Positions 36,749 to 50,724 of a stretch of 64,000 nt of DNA are shown here, piece after piece; position 1 is the first letter of the stretch; the number at the start of each line of letters is the position of its first letter. Origin of the DNA: Eledone cirrhosa (lineage: Eukaryota); the NCBI GenBank assembly GCA_964016885.1, contig OZ024743.1, positions 92,752,001 through 92,816,000 of the forward strand, read 5' to 3'. A program made the position numbers and the translations under genes. Below the pieces are notes generated by a model. The model was not told the origin of the DNA, ran no database searches, and was given only the letters and a program-made list of their open reading frames with translations.

Positions 36749-37497
36749 TTAATTTTTTTTTTTTTTCATTAATATCTTTACAGAGCTATTTATTTTTTTT
36801 AGTTCGGTGACCGCTTAGGAAACCGAGCTGCTGTATACATTTCCATTTTTCTTTCTTTTAGTTTGTTTCTTTTGCAAGCTTCTCTCGCCAATGTATGTTA
36901 GTTTCAAAATAATTAGGCACGCAAACTTTTTCCTTTCTTTCAACCCTACCCTTCGCATACACACCACTGCAAACGTCTTAAAAGCTACCGACTGCAAAAT
37001 CAGAGTTTCTTGATAATTTCAGATATTTCAAACTTTTATTCCGTTCGCCTTCCGAAGTAGTGAGCCTGCTATATACTCTAGAAAATATTTATTGAACAGA
37101 GATTTGGCTGCTTTTTCTAGCAGGTAAAATTAGCACATTTCTTTAGAGCTGTTCGAATCGAACATTATCCACATCTGTAATAATTAATTCGGAATGGGTA
37201 TCGTAGCTAGTTATTTGGCCAAGTTATATAAACAAAAAGACAACATAAGTTTTAAAGACAGCGATATCGACAGCTATGCGACACTCTCGTAGTTAATAAC
37301 GTGTGTTAATTTAAAAGTTAGATGAGATTTATGTAAAATTTTATTAAGCAACCTAAATTGCTTGAAAATACTGTGTTATACGGTTGAAAGTAAGAAAAAT
37401 GTTTAATAGAAAATTAAAATATAAAAATTATCGTAAAAGAAAGGTGTTTAGTGAGTTGTTTTATACAATAAAACTATTAAATTCAGCATAAGCTTTC

Positions 37498-37617
37498 GTT
37501 TACGGCCATATCACGCTGACAACACCGGTTCTCGTCCGATCACCGAAGTTAAGCAACGTCGAGCCTAGTTAGTACTTGGATGGGTGACCGCCTGGGAACC
37601 CTAGGGGCCGTAAGCGT
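37498..37617 (+). rRNA. 5S: 5S rRNA copy 44 (T109G)
   Basis: 5S with one substitution. Confidence 0.94.
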
Positions 37618-38366
37618 TTAAATTTTTTTTTTTTTCATTAATATCTTTACAGAGCTATTTATTTTTTTTAGTTCGGTGACCGCTTAGGAAACCGAGCTGC
37701 TCTATACATTTCCATTTTTCTTTCTTTTAGTTTCTTTCTTTTGCAAGCTTCTCTCGCCAATGTCTGTTAGTTTCAAAATAATTAGGCACGCAAACTTTTT
37801 CCTTTCTTTCAACCCTACCCTTCGCATACACACCACTGCAAACGTCTTAAAAGCTACCGACTGCAAAAACAGAGTTTCTTGATAATTTCAGATATTTCAA
37901 ACTTTTATTCCGTTCGCCTTCCGAAGTAGTGAGCCTGCTATATACTCTAGAAAATATTTATTGAACAGAGATTTGGCTGCTTTTTCTAGCAGGTAAAATT
38001 AGCACATTTCTTTAGAGCCGTTCTAATCGAACATTATCCACATCTGTAATAATCAATTCGGAATGGGTATCGTAGCTAGTTATTTGGCCAAGTTATATAA
38101 ACAAAAAGACAACATAAGTTTTAAAGACAGCGATATCGACAGCTATGCGACACTCTCGTAGTTAATAACGCGTGTTAATTTAAAAGTTAGATGAGATTTA
38201 TGTAAAATTTTATTATGCAACCTAAATTGCTTGAAAATACTGTGTTATACGGTTGAAAGTAAGAAAAATGTTTAATAGAAAATTAAAATATAAAAATTAT
38301 CGTAAAAGAAAGGTGTTTAGTGAGTTGTTTTATACAATAAAACTATTAAATTCAGCATAAGCTTTC

Positions 38367-38486
38367 GTTTACGGCCATATCACGCTGACAACACCGGTTC
38401 TCGTCCGATCACCGAAGTTAAGCAACGTCGAGCCTAGTTAGTACTTGGATGGGTGACCGCCTGGGAACCCTAGGTGCCGTAAGCGT
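38367..38486 (+). rRNA. 5S: 5S rRNA copy 45
   Basis: Consensus 5S. Confidence 0.97.
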
Positions 38487-39243
38487 TTAATTTTTTTTTT
38501 TTTTTTTTTTTTCATTAATATCTTTACAGAGCTATTTATTTTTTTTAGTTCGGTGACCGCTTAGGAAACCGAGCTGCTGTATACATTTCCATTTTTCTTT
38601 CTTTTAGTTTCTTTCTTTTGCAAGCTTCTCTCGCCAATGTCTGTTAGTTTCAAAATAATTAGGCACGCAAACTTTTTCCTTTCTTTCAACCCTACCCTTC
38701 GCATACACACCACTGCAAACGTCTTAAAAGCTACCGACTGCAAAAACAGAGTTTCTTGATAATTTCAGATATTTCAAACTTTTATTCCGTTCGCCTTCCG
38801 AAGTAGTGAGCCTGCTATATACACTAGAAAATATTTATTGAACAGAGATTTGGCTGCTTTTTCTAGCAGGTAAAATTAGCACATTTCTTTAGAGCCGTTC
38901 TAATCGAACATTATCCACATCTGTAATAATCAATTCGGAATGGGTATCGTAGCTAGTTATTTGGCCAAGTTATATAAACAAAAAGACAACATAAGTTTTA
39001 AAGACAGCGATATCGACAGCTATGCGACACTCTCGTAGTTAATAACGTGTGTTAATTTAAAAGTTAGATGAGATTTATGTAAAATTTTATTAAGCAACCT
39101 AAATTGCTTGAAAATACTGTGTTATACGGTTGAAAGTAAGAAAAATGTTTAATAGAAAATTAAAATATAAAAATTATCGTAAAAGAAAGGTGTTTAGTGA
39201 GTTGTTTTATACAATAAAACTATTAAATTCAGCATAAGCTTTC

Positions 39244-39363
39244 GTTTACGGCCATATCACGCTGACAACACCGGTTCTCGTCCGATCACCGAAGTTAAGC
39301 AACGTCGAGCCTAGTTAGTACTTGGATGGGTGACCGCCTGGGAACTCTAGGTGCCGTAACCGT
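39244..39363 (+). rRNA. 5S: 5S rRNA copy 46 (C103T, G117C)
   Basis: 5S with two substitutions. Confidence 0.93.
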
Positions 39364-40123
39364 TTAATTTTTTTTTTTTTTTTTTTTTTTTTCATTAATA
39401 TCTTTACAGAGCTATTTATTTTTTTTAGTTCGGTGACCGCTTAGGAAACCGAGCTGCTGTATACATTTCCATTTTTCTTTCTTTTAGTTTCTTTCTTTTG
39501 CAAGCTTCTCTCGCCAATGTATGTTAGTTTCAAAATAATTAGGCACGCAAACTTTTTCCTTTCTTTCAACCCTACCCTTCGCATACACACCACTGCAAAC
39601 GTCTTAAAAGCTACCGACTGCAAAATCAGAGTTTCTTGATAATTTCAGATATTTCAAACTTTTATTCCGTTCGCCTTCCGAAGTAGTGAGCCTGCTATAT
39701 ACTCTAGAAAATATTTATTGAACAGAGATTTGGCTGCTTTTTCTAGCAGGTAAAATTAGCACATTTCTTTAGAGCTGTTCGAATCGAACATTATCCACAT
39801 CTGTAATAATTAATTCGGAATGGGTATCGTAGCTAGTTATTTGGCCAAGTTATATAAACAAAAAGACAACATAAGTTTTAAAGACAGCGATATCGACAGC
39901 TATGCGACACTCTCGTAGTTAATAACGTGTGTTAATTTAAAAGTTAGATGAGATTTATGTAAAATTTTATTAAGCAACCTAAATTGCTTGAAAATACTGT
40001 GTTATACGGTTGAAAGTAAGAAAAATGTTTAATAGAAAATTAAAATATAAAAATTATCGTAAAAGAAAGGTGTTTAGTGAGTTGTTTTATACAATAAAAC
40101 TATTAAATTCAGCATAAGCTTTC

Positions 40124-40243
40124 GTTTACGGCCATATCACGCTGACAACACCGGTTCTCGTCCGATCACCGAAGTTAAGCAACGTCGAGCCTAGTTAGTA
40201 CTTGGATGGGTGACCGCCTGGGAACCCTAGGGGCCGTAAGCGT
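40124..40243 (+). rRNA. 5S: 5S rRNA copy 47 (T109G)
   Basis: Same as copy 44. Confidence 0.94.
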
Positions 40244-40992
40244 TTAAATTTTTTTTTTTTTCATTAATATCTTTACAGAGCTATTTATTTTTTTTAGTTC
40301 GGTGACCGCTTAGGAAACCGAGCTGCTCTATACATTTCCATTTTTCTTTCTTTTAGTTTCTTTCTTTTGCAAGCTTCTCTCGCCAATGTCTGTTAGTTTC
40401 AAAATAATTAGGCACGCAAACTTTTTCCTTTCTTTCAACCCTACCCTTCGCATACACACCACTGCAAACGTCTTAAAAGCTACCGACTGCAAAAACAGAG
40501 TTTCTTGATAATTTCAGATATTTCAAACTTTTATTCCGTTCGCCTTCCGAAGTAGTGAGCCTGCTATATACTCTAGAAAATATTTATTGAACAGAGATTT
40601 GGCTGCTTTTTCTAGCAGGTAAAATTAGCACATTTCTTTAGAGCCGTTCTAATCGAACATTATCCACATCTGTAATAATCAATTCGGAATGGGTATCGTA
40701 GCTAGTTATTTGGCCAAGTTATATAAACAAAAAGACAACATAAGTTTTAAAGACAGCGATATCGACAGCTATGCGACACTCTCGTAGTTAATAACGCGTG
40801 TTAATTTAAAAGTTAGATGAGATTTATGTAAAATTTTATTATGCAACCTAAATTGCTTGAAAATACTGTGTTATACGGTTGAAAGTAAGAAAAATGTTTA
40901 ATAGAAAATTAAAATATAAAAATTATCGTAAAAGAAAGGTGTTTAGTGAGTTGTTTTATACAATAAAACTATTAAATTCAGCATAAGCTTTC

Positions 40993-41112
40993 GTTTACGG
41001 CCATATCACGCTGACAACACCGGTTCTCGTCCGATCACCGAAGTTAAGCAACGTCGAGCCTAGTTAGTACTTGGATGGGTGACCGCCTGGGAACCCTAGG
41101 TGCCGTAAGCGT
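40993..41112 (+). rRNA. 5S: 5S rRNA copy 48
   Basis: Consensus 5S. Confidence 0.97.
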
Positions 41113-41869
41113 TTAATTTTTTTTTTTTTTTTTTTTTTCATTAATATCTTTACAGAGCTATTTATTTTTTTTAGTTCGGTGACCGCTTAGGAAACCGAGC
41201 TGCTGTATACATTTCCATTTTTCTTTCTTTTAGTTTCTTTCTTTTGCAAGCTTCTCTCGCCAATGTCTGTTAGTTTCAAAATAATTAGGCACGCAAACTT
41301 TTTCCTTTCTTTCAACCCTACCCTTCGCATACACACCACTGCAAACGTCTTAAAAGCTACCGACTGCAAAAACAGAGTTTCTTGATAATTTCAGATATTT
41401 CAAACTTTTATTCCGTTCGCCTTCCGAAGTAGTGAGCCTGCTATATACACTAGAAAATATTTATTGAACAGAGATTTGGCTGCTTTTTCTAGCAGGTAAA
41501 ATTAGCACATTTCTTTAGAGCCGTTCTAATCGAACATTATCCACATCTGTAATAATCAATTCGGAATGGGTATCGTAGCTAGTTATTTGGCCAAGTTATA
41601 TAAACAAAAAGACAACATAAGTTTTAAAGACAGCGATATCGACAGCTATGCGACACTCTCGTAGTTAATAACGTGTGTTAATTTAAAAGTTAGATGGGAT
41701 TTATGTAAAATTTTATTAAGCAACCTAAATTGCTTGAAAATACTGTGTTATACGGTTGAAAGTAAGAAAAATGTTTAATAGAAAATTAAAATATAAAAAT
41801 TATCGTAAAAGAAAGGTGTTTAGTGAGTTGTTTTATACAATAAAACTATTAAATTCAGCATAAGCTTTC

Positions 41870-41989
41870 GTTTACGGCCATATCACGCTGACAACACCGG
41901 TTCTCGTCCGATCACCGAAGTTAAGCAACGTCGAGCCTAGTTAGTACTTGGATGGGTGACCGCCTGGGAACTCTAGGTGCCGTAACCGT
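41870..41989 (+). rRNA. 5S: 5S rRNA copy 49 (C103T, G117C)
   Basis: Same as copy 46. Confidence 0.93.
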
Positions 41990-42749
41990 TTAATTTTTTT
42001 TTTTTTTTTTTTTTTTTTCATTAATATCTTTACAGAGCTATTTATTTTTTTTAGTTCGGTGACCGCTTAGGAAACCGAGCTGCTGTATACATTTCCATTT
42101 TTCTTTCTTTTAGTTTCTTTCTTTTGCAAGCTTCTCTCGCCAATGTATGTTAGTTTCAAAATAATTAGGCACGCAAACTTTTTCCTTTCTTTCAACCCTA
42201 CCCTTCGCATACACACCACTGCAAACGTCTTAAAAGCTACCGACTGCAAAATCAGAGTTTCTTGATAATTTCAGATATTTCAAACTTTTATTCCGTTCGC
42301 CTTCCGAAGTAGTGAGCCTGCTATATACTCTAGAAAATATTTATTGAACAGAGATTTGGCTGCTTTTTCTAGCAGGTAAAATTAGCACATTTCTTTAGAG
42401 CCGTTCGAATCGAACATTATCCACATCTGTAATAATTAATTCGGAATGGGTATCGTAGCTAGTTATTTGGCCAAGATATATAAACAAAAAGACAACATAA
42501 GTTTTAAAGACAGCGATATCGACAGCTATGCGACACTCTCGTAGTTAATAACGTGTGTTAATTTAAAAGTTAGATGAGATTTATGTAAAATTTTATTAAG
42601 CAACCTAAATTGCTTGAAAATACTGTGTTATACGGTTGAAAGTAAGAAAAATGTTTAATAGAAAATTAAAATATAAAAATTATCGTAAAAGAAAGGTGAT
42701 TAGTGAGTTGTTTTATACAATAAAACTATTAAATTTAGCATAAGCTTTC

Positions 42750-42869
42750 GTTTACGGCCATATCACGCTGACAACACCGGTTCTCGTCCGTTCACCGAAG
42801 TTAAGCAACGTCGAGCCTAGTTAGTACTTGGATGGGTGACCGCCTGGGAACCCTAGGTGCCGTAAGCGT
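42750..42869 (+). rRNA. 5S: 5S rRNA copy 50 (A42T)
   Basis: Loop C variant. Confidence 0.94.
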
Positions 42870-43614
42870 TTAATTTTTTTTTTTTTTTTTTTTTTCATTA
42901 ATATCTTTACAGAGCTATTTATTTTTTTTAGTTCGGTGACCGCTTAGGAAACCGAGCTGCTGTATACATTTCCATTTTTCTTTCTTTTAGTTTGTTTCTT
43001 TTGCAAGCTTTTCTCGCCAATGTATGTTAGTTTCAAAATAATTAGGCACGCAAACTTTTTCCTTTCTTTCAACCCTACCCTTCGCATACACACCACTGCA
43101 AACGTCTTAAGAGCTACCGACTGCAAAAACAGAGTTTCTTGATAATTTCAGATATTTCAAACTTTTATTCCGTTCGCCTTCCGAAGTAGTGAGCCTGCTA
43201 TATACTCTAGAAAATATTTATTGAACAGAGATTTGGCTGCTTTTTCTAGCAGGTAAAATTAGCACATTTCTTTAGAGCCGTTCGAATCGAACATTATCCA
43301 CATCTGTAATAATTAATTCGGAATGGGTATCGTAGCTAGTTATTTGGCCAAGTTATATAAACAAAAAGACAACATAAGTTTTAAAGACAGCGATGCGACA
43401 CTCTCGTAGTTAATAACGTGTGTTAATTTAAAAGTTAGATGAGATTTATGTAAAATTTTATTAAGCAACCTAAATTGCTTGAAAATACTGTGTTATACGG
43501 TTGAAAGTAAGAAAAATGTTTAATAGAAAATTAAAATATAAAAATTATCGTCAAAGAAAGGTGTTTAGTGAGTTGTTTTATACAATAAAACTATTAAATT
43601 CAGCATAAGCTTTC

Positions 43615-43734
43615 ATTTACGGCCATATCACGCTGACAACACCGGTTCTCGTCCGATCACCGAAGTTAAGCAACGTCGAGCCTAGTTAGTACTTGGATGG
43701 GTGACCGCCTGGGAACCCTAGGTGCCGTAAGCGT
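43615..43734 (+). rRNA. 5S: 5S rRNA copy 51 (G1A)
   Basis: ATTTACGGCC start. Confidence 0.94.
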
Positions 43735-44484
43735 TTAATTTTTTTTTTTTTTTCATTAATATCTTTACAGAGCTATTTATTTTTTTTAGTTCGGTGACCG
43801 CCTAGGAAACCGAGCTGCTCTATACATTTCCATTTTTCTTTCTTTTAGTTTCTTTCTTTTGCAAGCTTCTCTCGCCAATGTCTGTTAGTTTCAAAATAAT
43901 TAGGCACGCAAACTTTTTCCTTTCTTTCAACCCTACCCTTCGCATACACACCACTGCAAGCGTCTTAAAAGCTACCGACTGCAAAAACAGAGTTTCTTGA
44001 TAATTTCTGATATTTCAAACTTTTATTCCGTTCGCCTTCCGAAGTAGTGAGCCTGCTATATACTCTAGAAAATATTTATTGAACAGAGATTTGGCTGCTT
44101 TTTCTAGCAGGTAAAATTAGCACATTTCTTTAGAGCCGTTCGAATCGAACATTATCCACATCTGTAATAATTAATTCGGAATGGGTATCGTAGCTAGTTA
44201 TTTGGCCAAGTTATATAAACAAAAAGACAACATAAGTTTTAAAGACAGCGATATCGACAGCTATGCGACACTCTCGTAGTTAATAACGTGTGTTAATTTA
44301 AAAGTTAGATGAGATTTATGTAAAATTTTATTAAGCAACCTAAATTGCTTGAAAATACTGTGTTATACGGTTGAAAGTAAGAAAAATGTTTAATAGAAAA
44401 TTAAAATATAAAAATTATCGTAAAAGAAAGGTGTTTAGTGAGTTGTTTTATACAATAAAACTATTAAATTCAGCATAAGCTTTC

Positions 44485-44604
44485 ATTTACGGCCATATCA
44501 CGCTGACAACACCGGTTCTCGTCCGATCACCGAAGTTAAGCAACGTCGAGCCTAGTTAGTACTTGGATGGGTGACCGCCTGGGAACCCTAGGTGCCGTAA
44601 GCGT
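44485..44604 (+). rRNA. 5S: 5S rRNA copy 52 (G1A)
   Basis: ATTTACGGCC start. Confidence 0.94.
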
Positions 44605-45354
44605 TTAATTTTTTTTTTTTTTTCATTAATATCTTTACATAGCTACTTATTTTTTTTAGTTCGGTGACCGCCTAGGAAACCGAGCTGCTGTATACATTTC
44701 CATTTTTCTTTCTTTTAGTTTCTTTCTTTTGCAAGCTTCTCTCGCCAATGTATGTTAGTTTCAAAATAATTAGGCACGCAAACTTTTTCCTTTATTTCAA
44801 CCCTACCCTTCGCATACACACCACTGCAAACGTCTTAAAAGCTACCGACTGCAAAATCAGAGTTTCTTGATAATTTCAGATATTTCAAACTTTTATTCCG
44901 TTCGCCTTCCGAAGTAGTGAGCCTGCTATATACTCTAGAAAATATTTATTGAACAGAGATTTGGCTGCTTTTTCTAGCAGGTAAAATTAGCACATTTCTT
45001 TAGAGCCGTTCGAATCGAACATTATCCACATCTGTAATAATTAATTCGGAATGGGTATCGTAGCTAGTTATTTGGCCAAGTTATATAAACAAAAAGACAA
45101 CATAAGTTTTAAAGACAGCGATATCGACAGCTATGCGACACTCTCGTAGTTAATAACGTGTGTTAATTTAAAAGTTAGATGAGATTTATGTAAAATTTTA
45201 TTAAGCAACCTAAATTGCTTGAAAATACTGTGTTATACGGTTGAAAGTAAGAAAAATGTTTAATAGAAAATTAAAATATAAAAATTATCGTAAAAGAAAG
45301 GTGATTAGTGAGTTGTTTTATACAATAAAACTATTAAATTTAGCATAAGCTTTC

Positions 45355-45474
45355 GTTTACGGCCATATCACGCTGACAACACCGGTTCTCGTCCGTTCAC
45401 CGAAGTTAAGCAACGTCGAGCCTAGTTAGTACTTGGATGGGTGACCGCCTGGGAACCCTAGGTGCCGTAAGCGT
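45355..45474 (+). rRNA. 5S: 5S rRNA copy 53 (A42T)
   Basis: Loop C variant. Confidence 0.94.
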
Positions 45475-46230
45475 TTAATTTTTTTTTTTTTTTTTTTTTC
45501 ATTAATATCTTTACAGAGCTATTTATTTTTTTTAGTTCGGTGACCGCTTAGGAAACCGAGCTGCTGTATACATTTCCATTTTTCTTTCTTTTAGTTTCTT
45601 TCTTTTGCAAGCTTCTCTCGCCAATGTATGTTAGTTTCAAAATAATTAGGCACGCAAACTTTTTCCTTTCTTTCAACCCTACCCTTCGCATACACACCAC
45701 TGCAAACGTCTTAAAAGCTACCGACTGCAAAATCAGAGTTTCTTGATAATTTCAGATATTTCAAACTTTTATTCCGTTCGCCTTCCGAAGTAGTGAGCCT
45801 GCTATATACTCTAGAAAATATTTATTGAACAGAGATTTGGCTGCTTTTTCTAGCAGGTAAAATTAGCACATTTCTTTAGAGCCGTTCGAATCGAACATTA
45901 TCCACATCTGTAATAATTAATTCGGAATGGGTATCGTAGCTAGTTATTTGGCCAAGTTATATAAACAAAAAGACAACATAAGTTTTAAAGACAGCGATAT
46001 CGACAGCTATGCGACACTCTCGTAGTTAATAACGTGTGTTAATTTAAAAGTTAGATGAGATTTATGTAAAATTTTATTAAGCAACCTAAATTGCTTGAAA
46101 ATACTGTGTTATACGGTTGAAAGTAAGAAAAATGTTTAATAGAAAATTAAAATATAAAAATTATCGTAAAAGAAAGGTGTTTAGTGAGTTGTTTTATACA
46201 ATAAAACTATTAAATTCAGCATAAGCTTTC

Positions 46231-46350
46231 GTTTACGGCCATATCACGCTGACAACACCGGTTCTCGTCCGATCACCGAAGTTAAGCAACGTCGAGCCTA
46301 GTTAGTACTTGGATGGGTGACCGCCTGGGAACCCTAGGTGCCGTAAGCGT
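46231..46350 (+). rRNA. 5S: 5S rRNA copy 54
   Basis: Consensus 5S. Confidence 0.97.
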
Positions 46351-47111
46351 TTAATTTTTTTTTTTTTTTTTTTTTTTTTTTCATTAATATCTTTACAGGG
46401 CTATTTATTTTTTTAGTTCTGTGACCGCTTAGGAAACCGAGCTGCTCTATACATTTCCATTTTTCTTTCTTTTAGTTTCTTTCTTTTGCAAGCTTCTCTC
46501 GCCAATGTCTGTTAGTTTCAAAATAATTAGGCACGCAAACTTTTTCCTTTCTTTCAACCCTACCCTTCGCATACACACCACTGCAAACGTCTTAAGAGCT
46601 ACCGACTGCAAAAACAGAGTTTCTTGATAATTTCAGATATTTCAAACTTTTATTCCGTTCGCCTTCCGAAGTAGTGAGCCTGCTATATACTCTAGAAAAT
46701 ATTTATTGAACAGAGATTTGGCTGCTTTTTCTAGCAGGTAAAATTAGCACATTTCTTTAGAGCCGTTCGAATCGAACATTATCCACATCTGTAATAATTA
46801 ATTCGGAATGGGTATCGTAGCTAGTTATTTGGCCAAGTTATATAAACAAAAAGACAACATAAGTTTTAAAGACAGCGATATCGACAGCTATGCGACACTC
46901 TCGTAGTTAATAACGTGTGTTAATTTAAAAGTTAGATGAGATTTATGTAAAATTTTATTAAGCAACCTAAATTGCTTGAAAATACTGTGTTATACGGTTG
47001 AAAGTAAGAAAAATGTTTAATAGAAAATTAAAATATAAAAATTATCGTAAAAGAAAGGTGTTTAGTGAGTTGTTTTATACAATAAAACTATTAAATTCAG
47101 CATAAGCTTTC

Positions 47112-47231
47112 GTTTACGGCCATATCACGCTGACAACACCGGTTCTCGTCCGATCACCGAAGTTAAGCAACGTCGAACCTAGTTAGTACTTGGATGGGTG
47201 ACCGCCTGGGAACCCTAGGTGCCGTAAGCGT
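47112..47231 (+). rRNA. 5S: 5S rRNA copy 55 (G66A)
   Basis: 5S with one substitution. Confidence 0.94.
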
Positions 47232-47988
47232 TTAATTTTTTTTTTTTTTTTTTTTTTTCATTAATATCTTTACAGAGCTATTTATTTTTTTAGTTCGGTG
47301 ACCGCTTAGGAAACCGAGTTGCTCTATACATTTCCATTTTTCTTTCTTTTAGTTTCTTTCTTTTGCAAGCTTCTCTCGCCAATGTCTGTTAGTTTCAAAA
47401 TAATTAGGCACGCAAACTTTTTCCTTTCTTTCAACCCTACCCTTCGCATACACACCACTGCAAGCGTCTTAAAAGCTACCGACTGCAAAAACAGAGTTTC
47501 TTGATAATTTCTGATATTTCAAACTTTTATTCCGTTCGCCTTCCGAAGTAGTGAGCCTGCTATATACTCTAGAAAATATTTATTGAACAGAGATTTGGCT
47601 GCTTTTTCTAGCAGGTAAAATTAGCACATTTCTTTAGAGCCGTTCGAATCGAACATTATCCACATCTGTAATAATTAATTCGGAATGGGTATCGTAGCTA
47701 GTTATTTGGCCAAGTTATATAAACAAAAAGACAACATAAGTTTTAAAGACAGCGATATCGACAGCTATGCGACACTCTCGTAGTTAATAACGTGTGTTAA
47801 TTTAAAAGTTAGATGAGATTTATGTAAAATTTTATTAAGCAACCTAAATTGCTTGAAAATACTGTGTTATACGGTTGAAAGTAAGAAAAATGTTTAATAG
47901 AAAATTAAAATATAAAAATTATCGTAAAAGAAAGGTGTTTAGTGAGTTGTTTTATACAATAAAACTATTAAATTCAGCATAAGCTTTC

Positions 47989-48108
47989 ATTTACGGCCAT
48001 ATCACGCTGACAACACCGGTTCTCGTCCGATCACCGAAGTTAAGCAACGTCGAGCCTAGTTAGTACTTGGATGGGTGACCGCCTGGGAACCCTAGGTGCC
48101 GTAAGCGT
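47989..48108 (+). rRNA. 5S: 5S rRNA copy 56 (G1A)
   Basis: ATTTACGGCC start. Confidence 0.94.
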
Positions 48109-48858
48109 TTAATTTTTTTTTTTTTTTCATTAATATCTTTACATAGCTACTTATTTTTTTTAGTTCGGTGACCGCCTAGGAAACCGAGCTGCTGTATACA
48201 TTTCCATTTTTCTTTCTTTTAGTTTCTTTCTTTTGCAAGCTTCTCTCGCCAATGTATGTTAGTTTCAAAATAATTAGGCACGCAAACTTTTTCCTTTATT
48301 TCAACCCTACCCTTCGCATACACACCACTGCAAACGTCTTAAAAGCTACCGACTGCAAAATCAGAGTTTCTTGATAATTTCAGATATTTCAAACTTTTAT
48401 TCCGTTCGCCTTCCGAAGTAGTGAGCCTGCTATATACTCTAGAAAATATTTATTGAACAGAGATTTGGCTGCTTTTTCTAGCAGGTAAAATTAGCACATT
48501 TCTTTAGAGCCGTTCGAATCGAACATTATCCACATCTGTAATAATTAATTCGGAATGGGTATCGTAGCTAGTTATTTGGCCAAGTTATATAAACAAAAAG
48601 ACAACATAAGTTTTAAAGACAGCGATATCGACAGCTATGCGACACTCTCGTAGTTAATAACGTGTGTTAATTTAAAAGTTAGATGAGATTTATGTAAAAT
48701 TTTATTAAGCAACCTAAATTGCTTGAAAATACTGTGTTATACGGTTGAAAGTAAGAAAAATGTTTAATAGAAAATTAAAATATAAAAATTATCGTAAAAG
48801 AAAGGTGATTAGTGAGTTGTTTTATACAATAAAACTATTAAATTTAGCATAAGCTTTC

Positions 48859-48978
48859 GTTTACGGCCATATCACGCTGACAACACCGGTTCTCGTCCGT
48901 TCACCGAAGTTAAGCAACGTCGAGCCTAGTTAGTACTTGGATGGGTGACCGCCTGGGAACCCTAGGTGCCGTAAGCGT
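48859..48978 (+). rRNA. 5S: 5S rRNA copy 57 (A42T)
   Basis: Loop C variant. Confidence 0.94.
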
Positions 48979-49733
48979 TTAATTTTTTTTTTTTTTTTTT
49001 TTTCATTAATATCTTTACAGAGCTATTTATTTTTTTTAGTTCGGTGACCGCTTAGGAAACCGAGCTGCTGTATACATTTCCATTTTTCTTTCTTTTAGTT
49101 TCTTTCTTTTGCAAGCTTCTCTCGCCAATGTATGTTAGTTTCAAAATAATTAGGCACGCAAACTTTTTCCTTTCTTTCAACCCTACCCTTCGCATACACA
49201 CCACTGCAAACGTCTTAAAAGCTACCGACTGCAAAATCAGAGTTTCTTGATAATTTCAGATATTTCAAACTTTTATTCCGTTCGCCTTCCGAAGTAGTGA
49301 GCCTGCTATATACTCTAGAAAATATTTATTTAACAGAGATTTGGCTGCTTTTTCTAGCAGGTAAAATTAGCACATTTTTTAGAGCTGTTCGAATCGAACA
49401 TTATCCACATCTGTAATAATTAATTCGGAATGGGTATCGTAGCTAGTTATTTGGCCAAGTTATATAAACAAAAAGACAACATAAGTTTTAAAGACAGCGA
49501 TATCGACAGCTATGCGACACTCTCGTAGTTAATAACGTGTGTTAATTTAAAAGTTAGATGAGATTTATGTAAAATTTTATTAAGCAACCTAAATTGCTTG
49601 AAAATACTGTGTTATACGGTTGAAAGTAAGAAAAATGTTTAATAGAAAATTAAAATATAAAAATTATCGTAAAAGAAAGGTGTTTAGTGAGTTGTTTTAT
49701 ACAATAAAACTATTAAATTCAGCATAAGCTTTC

Positions 49734-49853
49734 GTTTACGGCCATATCACACTGACAACACCGGTTCTCGTCCGATCACCGAAGTTAAACAACGTCGAGC
49801 CTAGTTAGTACTTGGATGGGTGACCGCCTGGGAACCCTAGGTGCCGTAAGCGT
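49734..49853 (+). rRNA. 5S: 5S rRNA copy 58 (G18A, G56A)
   Basis: 5S with two substitutions. Confidence 0.9.
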
Positions 49854-50604
49854 TTAATTTTTTTTTTTTTTTTTCATTAATATCTTTACAGAGCTATTTA
49901 TTTTTTTAGTTCGGTGACCGCTTAGGAAACCGAGCTGCTGTATACATTTCCATTTTTCTTTCTTTTAGTTTCTTTCTTTTGCAAGCTTCTCTCGCCAATG
50001 TCTGTTAGTTTCAAAATAATTAGGCACGCAAACTTTTTCCTTTCTTTCAACCCTACCCTTCGCATACACACCACTGCAAACGTCTTAAAAGCTACCGACT
50101 GCAAAAACAGAGTTTCTTGATAATTTCAGATATTTCAAACTTTTATTCCGTTCGCCTTCCGAAGTAGTGAGCCTGCTATATACTCTAGAAAATATTTATT
50201 GAACAGAGATTTGGCTGCTTTTTCTAGCAGGTAAAATTAGCACATTTCTTTAGAGCCGTTCGAATCGAACATTATCCACATCTGTAATAATTAATTCGGA
50301 ATGGGTATCGTAGCTAGTTATTTGGCCAAGTTATATAAACAAAAAGACAACATAAGTGTTAAAGACAGCGATATCGACAGCTATGCGACACTCTCGTAGT
50401 CAATAACGTGTGTTAATTTAAAAGTTAGATGAGATTTATGTAAAATTTTATTAAGCAACCTAAATTGCTTGAAAATACTGTGTTATACGGTTGAAAGTAA
50501 GAAAAATGTTTAATAGAAAATTAAAATATAAAAATTATCGTAAAAGAAAGGTGTTTAGTGAGTTGTTTTATACAATAAAACTATTAAATTCAGCATAAGC
50601 TTTC

Positions 50605-50724
50605 ATTTACGGCCATATCACGCTGACAACACCGGTTCTCGTCCGATCACCGAAGTTAAGCAACGTCGAGCCTAGATAGTACTTGGATGGGTGACCGCCT
50701 GGGAACCCTAGGTGCCGTAAGCGT
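50605..50724 (+). rRNA. 5S: 5S rRNA copy 59 (G1A, T72A)
   Basis: 5S with two substitutions. Confidence 0.92.
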
